Source of the DNA: Cystobasidiomycetes sp. EMM_F5
Taxonomy: Eukaryota
Direction: 5' to 3'
Length of the DNA stretch: 64,000 nt
Assembly: GCA_051047955.1 (NCBI GenBank)
Contig: JBPGPT010000002.1
Location: 744,001 to 808,000, forward strand
The notes beneath the pieces are model-generated. The model saw only the letters and a program-made list of their open reading frames with translations, did not search any database and was not told the origin of the DNA. A program made the translations under genes and the position numbers. Of the stretch, positions 53,368-64,000 are shown piece after piece (the stretch's first letter is position 1; each line of letters begins with the position of its first letter).

Positions 53368-53743
53368 TATTGCTTTTCCCAGCACAGCTATGCGGTATTG
53401 CTTCACACCATCATCATCCCAGTCATACTCTGTCTGGCGCTCATCGGTGGGTATTATCTCGGGATGCGCCGTTTGCCTCCCGACTGGCGTGCCCAAGTGA
53501 GCTATAAATTGCGCGGGTACCAAGATCTTGTAAGCGTAAGCGAATAGCGATATGGCGTCCAAGAAGAACAATAAAACGGGCAACAGTATCCAGCAGATGG
53601 CACGACAGAGCAGATGCTGCACACCACAGATGGCTGCACAGCGACTCGAGCAGGAAGAAGGTCGGCAGAGAAAGATGGGCTGTGAATCTCATTCTAATTC
53701 ATTACATATTGTACAAAACGTGAGTTCGCACCTTAATTGATTC

Positions 53744-53887
53744 GCCCCGCTAGCGTAATGGGTTGGTCTTTTTAGAGCTTCACTTTCCTTGAAGCACACC
53801 TAACCCGCCTTCCTTCGTCAGTTAACGCGTCAGACTTCTAAAGCGAGTCTTATCTGAAGATTGCCGGTTCGAGTCCGGCGTGGGGTG
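53744..53887 (+). tRNA. tRNA-Arg(UCU) with two introns; exons 53744-53761, 53822-53840, 53852-53887
   Basis: Joined exons give GCCCCGC TA GCGT AATGGTTA ACGC G TCAGA CTTCTAA TCTGA AGATT GCCGG TTCGAGT CCGGC GTGGGGT G (73 nt). All four stems pair. A box TAGCGTAATGG and B box GGTTCGAGTCC are present. Confidence 0.92.
53762..53821 (+). other. 60-nt spliceosomal-type intron in the tRNA D-loop
   Basis: GTTGGT donor, CTAAC branch site 53800-53804, CCGCCTTCCTTCGT tract, CAG acceptor. Removal restores the D arm. Confidence 0.8.
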
Positions 53888-53954
53888 TCAAAGAATGCGT
53901 GCAGTCTTGACATGAAGGCAATCTCTCTTTTTGTCATCTATTGTCTTGACGACT

Positions 53955-54990
53955 ATGAGACAGGATGGACGTGGGCATGGAGACTTGCGAGAGCTCTCAC
54001 TGACTACAGCTCTGCTCAGCCGGGCTGATGGGTCTGCTAGATTCAGTTGCGGTCAGTTTTTGGATGCATACGTTTGCATGAGACTCAATTTGTACGGCAG
54101 GTCCCATATCAGTGCAAGCCGCTGTCAATGGTCCACTAGAAGTACGCCTGCGCGATGAAATCGTAGATAGGGCTACCTTCGAGATCAATGTCCGTCCAGT
54201 GCGTGGACTGCCAGGTGCGACTTGCTGCAACTTTTGGCTAGCCCTAGCCGAAGTCATAACTGATTACTCTTGTTCCTTACCAGGACCAGCGACAAAGTCA
54301 CTAGCCAGTACCCTCTCGCATATATTTGAGCCGCTTCTCCTGCTCAACCGACATCCCCGCTCTCTTTTACAATTATCCGTCCAGACACTCGCTCTTCCGT
54401 CCACCAAATTCTCCAAACCCTTCAAGACGTTTGATCAGTTCGAGAATGACCTAGGCGAGGGTACTGCTGGTCATTACGACGCAAAAGACTTTGAAGCGGA
54501 GAGCGTGTGCGAGAAAGCGGCAGCGGTGAATGCAGCTTCATGCGCGCTCATGGATTCGGCAATAGGGATGAAGGGCGTAGTCTGCGCCGTAGGAGTAGCC
54601 ATACTCCCCGCTCGAAATACGTCGAGGCAGGATGATGAGGACGATGAAACAGATACCGGAATGGAGGGTGTGAACGATACTACCGCACATATCGTTCTCG
54701 ATCCGTCGCCAGAGGAAGAAAGGGACGCAAGGTGTACAATGTGCATAGCATTCTCTTTCGGTGAGCGCCAAGGTGGACAGGAAGGAGACGTCTGTCTGCT
54801 AGACATGAGCAGTGGGACGTGCCAGGAGGCAGAGGCGAGTTTGCACAACACAGTCGACATCGGAGACACCACGGCTAACGTCTGACTCGCGTTTCAGCTC
54901 GTTGAGGCAATCGAAGTCGCCAGAACAGCTTCACAATCCATCTTGGCATTCGTAAGACAAAGTCAAGAACATCGCTACCTGGATTCATGA
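53955..54990 (+). CDS. RRP46: Exosome core subunit Rrp46/EXOSC5, multi-exon (last intron GC-AG)
   Basis: LSRADGSARF..G..VQAAVNGPLEVRLRDE..DRATFEINVRP, HPRSLLQLSVQ, AAAVNAASCALMDS. Confidence 0.9.
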
Positions 54991-55884
54991 GGCAGGAACT
55001 CTCAGAATTGGGATTAGCAGATGGTCCCGCGAAAGGCACACGACGCTCCTCCTCCTGTCCTGCTCGCACTATCGCTCTCGCGATCGTCGCGTCGCGTGGG
55101 CCATGGTCTTAGCATCATCCGATACCTGTCGTTGCCACTAGTACTGGCTCCACTGCATAGCTTCTGCATGGCACTGCAAGCTGCAATGAGGCGAAGTGCA
55201 TGGCGCCATCCCAGTCTCTGTGATGTAGCAGCATTGGAAATAAATGACATGACATGCAGTACGGAGAACAACATGGATGTATGACAAAAAAGGAGGTGCA
55301 GCGATTTACGAGATTGCTACCGCACTGGTACGACGACCAGCTAGTGTCGTTCGATGTAACTTGTAGTATCTTACGCTGACAAGCATAAAGCGTGGTATAG
55401 AAAGCGAAGAGAGGCAGGGAAATACAAAGTTGCGATAGAGGTAACATGAGGTTCGAATGCGCGTGCGCATGGGCAGAACATGCAGAGCGTGTCTTGCAGT
55501 TGAGGACCCCTCAGCATGATGTGACATGCGTTGGATCGTTCGCGGCGGGAAGAGGGAGTGCGCATTCGCCTGCAAGGCGAGCGTGCTGGGATGTGGAATG
55601 GAGATGTCAAGTTCGGCTCGATGGTAAGGAAGCGGGGAACACAGCCGAGATCTTGCGGGCTCAGGAGGGTTGTGAATTTCGCTCGACAGGTGTCGTGGAG
55701 CCAGCAACGCAAATTGAGCGGCTGGTGAGGGTCTTCATGAGATTCAGTAAACCGTACAGCAATGTACAGCGGATTATGAGTTATGGCGAGAGGTCCAGCA
55801 TGTCCAGCAGCGGACGCGGGTGATGAGTCAATGATGTCGTACAGCCGTTCGTACGACGGTGCCGGGAATGAGCAAAGGGTGCCA

Positions 55885-57907
55885 TCAATCAAAGTCGACT
55901 TCTGGCACATCATGACCTTCCTCTTCCCATTCCTCCAATCTTCCTCCGCCTTCTAGGCCAGGGAACAGCTTGGTAGCACCCGAAGCTATAGCAGGTGCCT
56001 TCTTGGAGAGATACCTCAGCTCCGCCCATTCTCGGACAAGTTCAGCAGCCTTGTAGAACTTCTTTGAAGAGTACTTTTTGTAAAAGTTTGGGTGCTCGAC
56101 TGGTTCGCCCGGCTGCTGAGATCTACGCAAGACATAGTCGAGCATCAACTGTGCGGTAGGCAAGATCTCATCTTGCGAGTAGGTCGAATAGTGGACAAGG
56201 TTGGGGTGCCACTCTCCCCTCTTCAAGATCTTGCGCGCGAGCCACATGCCCGCTGCAGCAATGAGCGAGGGCGGCTTGGATAGGAAACGTCGCTCAACAA
56301 CGCTCATCTCGAGAAAGTACTTTGCGACTGTGCGAGTCTGAATGTCGTAGCCGTCAGCTTTTGAGATGCGGCGGAGGAAGTTGATGGGATTTGGGTATGA
56401 CAGATTGAAGTCGATTTGCTTGAGGACGTACCGCTCAGCAACGAGCATCTCTTCATCAGAGTAGCCACCATCCGTCATGTAGAGAAACGACGAGACCGAA
56501 GGGCACAGGACCTCCTCGTACTTTGAGGCAATGAACAAGCAGACGGTGCCTACCAGCTGAAATTTGAGCAAAGCGACTGTACGTAGCGAGAGCAAGCGAT
56601 CGAGGATGTTGATGGCCAAGAAGATGGTCTCTGGCAGTAGGCGGAATTTACCATGCACCTCAATAAGCCAATCGACCAGGATGCTTCTCATCTTCCACGT
56701 CACTTCGCTTTGACGATTCATGTAATGTGCGTCAGCCATGGTGGTCATCTGCGCAGTGTGTGTCAGACCCAGCTTTACCCATGACTGCGACTTGCGTCAT
56801 ATGTTTGTTGCCTCACCTCCAAATCCTTCATGTAATCATGAATCTCTCTAACATACTCCGAGACCATTAAAGGATCCTCTTCGTCGCCTAGATCGAGGTC
56901 TTCCCATCCGTAATCCTTCGGCAAATCTTCGTCGACATAATCGTCTTCATCCTCATCCTGTTCAATCTTGGCTTGGCTCGTAGTGGCAATGGCAGTAGCG
57001 GTCTTTGACTTTACATCCGAAACAAGTGGATCTTCTGGATCAGATGCTCGAAGCCTCTTGCTTCGTCTCCTCTCAACTCGGGAAACAGCGCCTCCCTCGT
57101 CACCCTGATCGACCCAGTCACCATTGGAGGCAGTAGACGTAGTCTGGCCATCATCTACTTCTGCCAACTCCCGCTTGGCAGCAGCTCGTGCCAGTCCGGC
57201 ATTCTTGCTCGTTCGTCTCCGCAAGACTGGTCCGCTTGTAGACGCAGTCGTCGTCTCGGTAACAGTCAGTGCAGCAGCCGCAACCTTGACAGACTGCTTT
57301 AAACCTGCATTCTTGCTCGAGCCGACGATACCGACATTGCTTGTAGACTGTCGCGGAATATTTGTTGGTCTGCCGGCCAAGACGTTGGATCGGACATTGA
57401 CAGACGACGAAGCTGCTGTAGCTGCTGCAACGACGACTGAAGCGCGCAAAGACTTGATTGGACGCTTATTGTCGCTGGTAGCCACATTTGCAGTATTTGT
57501 ATTCTCATCCATAATCATGTCTCCATCTGCATTCTTGCCAATTGATGATCGGGTTCGGGGACGGCTGGCTGCGACTGGCTTTCCAGCCGTAGAGAGCTGC
57601 GTGGACGCAGCCGTCGACGCGACTTGCTTCTTGTCGTTGATGTTTCCGCCACCCTGTTTACCAACATGTACCTTGTTGGAATGATCGGCCAGAGCCGTTC
57701 TTTTACGTGCCAGCGGCGCAGTGACCGTGGCAGCTGGCTGTGAAGTATACAACGTCAGCAAAGGGGCTGATGTAGTGCGGTACTGCTGCACACCTTTCCC
57801 TTCAGTGCCAGTCCAGCGTTCTTTGTACTTGCTCCTGTTGCCGATACTGTCCTATTTTCATCTCCTAGGGCAGTAACGGCAGCTCTAGTCGTTCTACGAG
57901 TCTGCAT
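55885..57907 (-). CDS. Second G2/M B-type cyclin, 3 exons
   Basis: D-box RTALADHSN, EDPLMVSEYVREI, MRSILVDWLIEVHGKFRLLPET, KFQLVGTVCLFIASKYEE, PNPINFLRRISKAD. Confidence 0.95.
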
Positions 57908-58672
57908 TCGGACAGACGAGGGAAGGACAGCAGGAGATGAGGATGCGATGTGCGTTTTCGCCGGGCGAGGGTGAAGTTTGATTCGTATTTTGAAGTTTGG
58001 ATGGGACACGGGACACGGAACGAGACCAGGAGAAGCGCAAGAGAGGTCGGCAAAGCGATATAACGGAGATGTTGCCATGAGTGAGAGGAGGAGTGAAGAG
58101 AAATCAGACGACATATCGATATTCAGCCATTGCTCGACGGCCACCCATCACCCCAAAACACCGCTCAAACTCACCGCCATCTGAGTGCGTCTCGATTATC
58201 AACAGGCCAGCCTCGAGCACTGGGTATACGTTGATTCAGCAGCTACGTGGCTGGCTGATTTGAAATGGCTGGCGACTGTCGGCGGGTATACTTTGGCACT
58301 TCTGCGAGGACGACGACGACGACGGGAACTGAGTATGCTGGCTGGCAGTAATGACTGTGGTGGGGGGGGGCTGAAACGATGAGAGGGAGGCAGACGGCGA
58401 GTGAGGGTAATTGCAAATTATTTTCTAATGGCAACCCTCGCAATTATAAAATAAATACTAATCCCCTCTGCCGCCCTCGATTTGTTGACTTGTGTTTTTT
58501 GCGAGATCGGCAGGCGCGTGAGGGGGAAAAACACGCAAATAGTAGGCGCGTCGGAGCAAACTGTACAGTTTATAGATAGGGGACAGGACAAGATGCAACA
58601 CGATATTCTAACAAATACCCCTCAGACATAAGACTAGCATGCACCAGGCACTCGCCGCGCTCTATCTATCCC

Positions 58673-61179
58673 TCATCGCCGTACTACTCTGCCCCGCTTG
58701 TCCTCTGGGTACTCATCCTCAGCCTGCTCAAACACGCGATAGTCCAAGCCCGGCGTGGGAAGTGCACGGTCATACTCCCAACGACCGACGTTATGCAGAC
58801 GACCAGATACCGCGCTCAGACTTACTGCTTCGATGCCCACATTGTTGGCAGAGATGGGTCCATACTCGAAGCGAGCACTGTGCGGTGCAAAGCGCGGAGA
58901 CTGACGAGAAGGACGCTGGTAACGATCCCAATGCTGCTGCTGCTGCTGTTCCTTCGCATACACTCCTCCGTAGTGACGTGCAAGAAAAAGCTCCTGGGCG
59001 CGTTGAAGTGGCGAAAAGACCGGATCCGCACTGCGGTGACCTTCGTCGTCTGATATCGCTCGTGGGGTTCGAGGAAGCTGTAGAAACGACAAATCTTCGC
59101 TGGATGGCCCCTCGACGACAATGGCAGGCTCTGCATCATAGTCTTGCGGAGTATGCGTCGTCTGTCGCGATCGAGCGTGCTCGTCTTGCGCCGCATCTTC
59201 GTACTCGATAGCGACAGGTGTCGGGGCAGACTCGAAGGGGCTTCGCAGATTGTGCGTGTCGTGTACGTCTTCCTCGCAATCACTCCTCTGCTTTACGCCG
59301 CCAGCTGCCACGCCGCTTGCGTCGAATGGACCGAGACCAACATTACTATTGAAGCTCGTACCCCTTGACGACATTTCTACAGAGCCCAAGAAACGCCCAG
59401 ACTCGGACGACGGCGATGTCCGAGATACACCAGACGACGAAGACGACTCAGAGACAGCTGAGGATTCGTCTTCACTGCCTATGTGAACCGAAGCTTGCCT
59501 ATCGCCATCATATTCATCATGTTCGTATACGTCATGTGAGTGGTATACCTCGCTTCCATCCGACGAAACAGCGCGTGTGGGACAAACCTCCCTCTGCAAA
59601 CCGCTACGTGTAAACCGGCTGGACCCGTCAACGTCGTGACGATGTGGAGGAAACGCCATCGGGGCCGACAGAGGCAAGTCATTCCGTGCAGATGCAAGTG
59701 GCGGAAATCTGTAATGCGGTGACACGGGTGGATTCAGAGGACGCTTCTCATACCCTCGTGCTGAAGTCTGTCGGCTAATCATGCGAAGGTAGGTCTTGTC
59801 TGCCATTGTTCGGCGAAGCTGACTTCCGAATCCTGGCGATACCGGGGTGCCGGGTGGACCAAATGGAGAACAAGGTGGGACGAGCAGACGCAGTGACGGT
59901 CTTGCAGACTCTTCTGCTTTACCTATTCGGGCAACATCCTTGGCAGAGTCGGCCAGCTTGAGAAACTCAGAGAGGGTTGGCCGTTTTCCAGCACAAGCAA
60001 AGCTGTCTGCAGGGTTTGGCACTACCTCTTCTTCGTCTTGATAGGCTTCATCTCCACTATATGGTCTTTGAGCCGTCTTTGTAGCAGATTCAGTAAAGCA
60101 ATGAATTCGGCTAATGGCGGCTTTGGCTTCGGCGGCAGTGCACCTATCTTTGGGATCCAACGCCAGCATCCACTTTGCCAATTCATGACATTCATCACTG
60201 ATGGCTGGCAGTATTACTTTGAGGCACGTTCGATCCATCGCGTATGCCCTGAAAGCTTCATCTCGCCTTGGGTCGGCACGGTACCATGGATTTTGTTCCG
60301 CAACAAGATTGAGCATTACAATGCCCATTGACCAAATGTCCGAAGCAAATGTGTCAAAAGCCTTCAGGGAAGGATATTCTGATCTAGACCCGTCATAGTA
60401 GAATCCCAGCGACTCCGGGCTGGCGTAGTACGAAGTGCCGACGCCGTACTCGGACGAATATCGCTCCGCAGTGGCTAAACCAAAGTCTCCTATCATCAAC
60501 CTGCCTTCCGGCGTGAAGAGGAGATTCTCTGGCTTGATGTCGCGGTGAGCTATCTTGATTGTATCGTGCAGGTACTCTAGACCTTCAGCTAACTGGAACA
60601 GGAGGCTGCGGAGCGCATCGGGCATTTGATGGATTCTGCAAGAATTGCTGTTGCTACTTGGAAGCGATGCTGACGACGAAGCCTCCGACTCATCGGGCGT
60701 ATGAGGAGATTTCGAGAGGGTGGAGGACGAAGCGGAAAATGTGCGTTCGAGGCCATTCATGATTAGATCAAACAGATCGCCTCCGTCACAGAAAGTCATC
60801 ACCAGGTAGAGGCAGCCCGGCGTATCGACGATATTATGGAGCGCGACAATGTTGGGGTGGTGATCGACCGAGGCTTGCTGGTGCAGCCCTATCTCGTCTT
60901 GTAACTGCAGAATAGCTTCGGCGTCCAGTCCAACCTTGGAGACAATCTTGACTGCCTGTAAGAATCTGCATCAGTCTCGTTGGCGCAGGGCGTACTTCAG
61001 CGCACATATTGCTGATGCTTGTAAAACCATACGGCCGCTACATCCTGGACCGTGCGAGCCAGCACAACGTCTCCTTCGGATCCGTTACCCAAATTTTGGA
61101 TGAGCTCCAGCCGACCTTGATCTATACGACACCCTAGGAAGTGCGTTGCCTCGTACACATGTTTTGGCCTTGAACGCAT
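58673..61179 (-). CDS. Ser/Thr protein kinase, Ran1/Pat1-like, with long disordered C-terminus
   Basis: LGNGSEG, Y|AVKIV, HPNIVAL, HRDIKPENLL, GDFGLAT, GTSYYASPE, DIWSMGIVMLNL..NPWYRA. Confidence 0.88.
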
Positions 61180-61716
61180 TGTTATGAATTGGACTTTGGG
61201 CTGCGGAAGGGAAAGTTGAAACCAGAGCACATGTACGATCAGATCCCACAAGAGGACCGCTCCAAGCCAAATGTAATATGACCAGCAGGGTGGGGATGGA
61301 TGCCGCTCGGAGTCGACGATGAAAAGTGAGGTACAGTTCGCAACCACAAAATTGACGGTGGCCAGTAGACGGCGAAATGTCGTAGGCGAGAGACGTTCAG
61401 GCCTGTGAGCTCGAGTGAAGGATGTCGATGCCGCTTAGCGCGGAGCCCAATGGCCGAACGGCAGACCCCTCGGTGGGCAGAGCGGACAGAATTGGTGTCT
61501 GACAGAGTGGGTCCAGCAGCACTAGTGAGAAGTAGCAGAGCAAGCAGAGTCTTACCATTTCAGTCGGCGCGCTGAATTTCCTAAAGTGAGGAGGCGTCAG
61601 GGGATCAGGGGTCATATTTCACGTGAGAACGTCAAAGGAGTCTGGAAAGAGTCAGGAGATCTGCTTGTCAAAAGTACAACAACAAGGTTTTTTCGCTGTA
61701 GTACGCCGGGTGAACG

Positions 61717-64000
61717 TCACGTCCCGAAATACCGCGATCCGAAATTGCCGACTAAGTAGCGATTCGTACGGTGCAAGAGTGTCAGCTTGTAGCTTTTTGC
61801 GAAAGGTAGCAAGACACACCTCCTGGTAATATGGCCCAGCATCGCTTTGTCATTGTCTCTATCTCCCCACTTTCCTTGTTGACGCTCGTCAAGGGCAACA
61901 ATCGCTCTTGAAGGTCCGGATCGACTGCCGATGTGACAATGCGAACTTGCCTGTACCAAATACGATGCATTAGAAGGTACTTTGGAAATTGTTCCATCAC
62001 TTACGGGAAAGCCCTGTACACGGCATACACTCCGCCGTTTTGAGCAATCGTAAAGCACATGAAAATGATACTGTTTTGTCGCATCACATCAGATAATGGA
62101 AGGTTTCACCGAGATGAGTACTCACTGGTTTTCCTGAACTCCGTGATCGAGCAACACGCGTATAGCCATAATGCAGGCTGCTGCCGTCCCAACCTGGGAA
62201 TCGGACAGCAGTACGAACGTCTCGGCGGCCGACGCACGCTGCTTCAGGCATGAAGGTAACTTCGTGTGATACAGTAAAGGTTCACCAGACTCGTCGTCTT
62301 GCTGAATCAAAAGAGAACCAAGCAAGACATCCTGCACCACTTTACGTAGTCCTCGTTCGAAGCATTGACCTGAGCGTAGTACGGCAACGCCTGCCAGCTA
62401 ATCGAGATGCAAACCATAAGGTGTAAGGCTGCGGTCTCGTCGGGAGAATGGCATCGACTTACAGGAACACTTAGACGATGACCAAGATGATGATACCCTT
62501 GACGAGTCGTGACTTGGTACTCTTCGTATGGAAGCATTTCCAGCGCCCTCTCTATAATGAGAGTGGATAACCTGTTCGAAAAATGGATGAAATCTTCGGC
62601 ACTGCAATCTTTGTCACGTATGGTTGTTTGGATACCCTACAATGTTGATCAGCTTATGAAGTGTCACATTAGGTTGAGCACACTCACAACCAGCTGGCGA
62701 GTCTGGGACAACAATGTCACGGAAGGCGGGAGCCTGTCAGAACCGTTCATCGCATTTAGGATGCCCGGTGTCTGAACAAAAGCTTGCCGGTGGCTCAGGG
62801 AGCGCTCTGCGAGCTGACGCCGCATATGTGTGACGATTAGATCGATTGCTACGACATTGGACAGTCCTGGGACAATCTGTAATCGTGACTCAGAAGAATG
62901 CAGCGACTGTCAGCGAATTAGACTTACGACATCCGCATGTCTGGATGTAGGTTGTATTATTGCATCGAAACCTACGTCCCGTCACGAAGCATACTTGTTC
63001 AGGCGAGAACGTGAAGCCTTTAGGCTATGGCTCACTCGGTTTAACGACTACAGATCATTGCCCGTCAGACAAGAACTTCAATCCAGCCGGCAGATGTTCC
63101 ACTCACATTTAAGATATTGATCAATTATACCTTGTACATCTCTTCCGCGCTCTACTGTGTCTCGCCGAATTCTCCGCGCTAGCATCAGGTCAGAATCGCA
63201 TTGCACTACACGAAATATGTCAGATAACTTGCGTTCAAACGCGTTAGAATACAGGTATACCGAATATCTTCATGTCCATCAGGTTCCGTAAGTCTGGGTC
63301 GGACAGTACGAACAACCCTTCCAAGATGACCACCGACGCTCCATACAGGTATTGAGTGTCGGCAGTGCGCTGGTGCTCCACAAATGAGTAGACCGGTATC
63401 TCGACAGACCTGTTGGCTTTCAGATTAGCTACGCAGTCTCGTAGCGTCTCCCAGTCAAAAGCTGCGGGGCAGTCGAAATCGTATTCATTGTCAAAAGCCT
63501 GCCGGAGCGAAATGAGCGATCTCCTAAGTCCATGTATATGTGTATATGCAACTCACCAGCTTCCTTTGCACTTGCGATAGCGATTTGTAGAAACTATCTT
63601 GAGAGACTACGAGCACAGACGGTGCATTCAAGGCCCTCAGGATCTCTCTGTCATGCCATTGCATGGGAAGCGTTAGCGGATTTGACGAGCACTAAGAGGC
63701 GTAAGAGATCGCACTGTGCGACCCTTGTCTTGATGTGTCGATGCCGTCAACAGAAGCCAGCGCATAAGAGACATTCAGAGCGGATGTCCGATAAGCGATG
63801 GCTGACCTTGCCAGAAGCACTTCCGCCAGCAATTCCAATCACGTACGCTCCGAGAGGCTTCCCAGCTGCAGTATACCATGGTGCGCGACTGTGCATACTT
63901 CTATCAGCACAATTCCAGCTGGACGCATTTCTTCGATACCCACCCGGGCTGCGCGAGCTCGCGAGTCTTGTACTGCGTAGTCCTAGATCTAACACCTTGT
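61717..64000 (-). CDS. URK1: Uridine kinase with C-terminal UPRTase-like domain, multi-exon; 5' end may lie outside the window
   Basis: PWYT...VIGIAGGSASGK, SQDSFYK, YDFDCPAAFD, LARRIRRD..ERGRD, FIHFSNRLST, LRSG, GSLLIQ, GNFGSRYFGT*. Confidence 0.92.

Noticed and set aside
55448..55462. GGTTCGAAT B-box-like motif
   Set aside because: No T stem or cloverleaf around it.
55371..55913. 180-aa ORF downstream of the second cyclin
   Set aside because: Overlaps the cyclin stop and 3' UTR with no recognisable motifs.
58308..58371. (GAC)n repeat and G run upstream of the second cyclin
   Set aside because: Short simple repeats with no support for a specific function.

Overview
Gene-dense, intron-rich fungal genomic DNA, about 30 genes in 64 kb, with short 45-75 nt GT/GC..CTRAY..AG introns. 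Gene style suggests a basidiomycete yeast, possibly Pucciniomycotina; that is inference. It carries mostly housekeeping genes: two B-type cyclins, a Yip1-family protein, a VWA protein with Q/G/Y/P repeats, two DnaJ proteins, a peroxisomal crotonase, an ICln/Lot5-like protein, Dcp2, Trm1, a (methyl)citrate synthase, Pho88, a cupin, tropomyosin, Gle1, Mtc5/WDR59, a lactonase, Ccz1, a tricarboxylate carrier, Dbp4, Des1, an APC permease, Rrp46, a Ran1-like kinase and Urk1. The standout is a tRNA-Arg(UCU) gene at 53744-53887. Besides a normal 11-nt anticodon-loop intron, it carries a 60-nt insertion in the D-loop with all the marks of a spliceosomal intron (GTTGGT...CTAAC...pyrimidine tract...CAG). 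Removing both introns gives a complete 73-nt cloverleaf. Exon boundaries were read by eye and some gene ends are approximate. No database searches were run.
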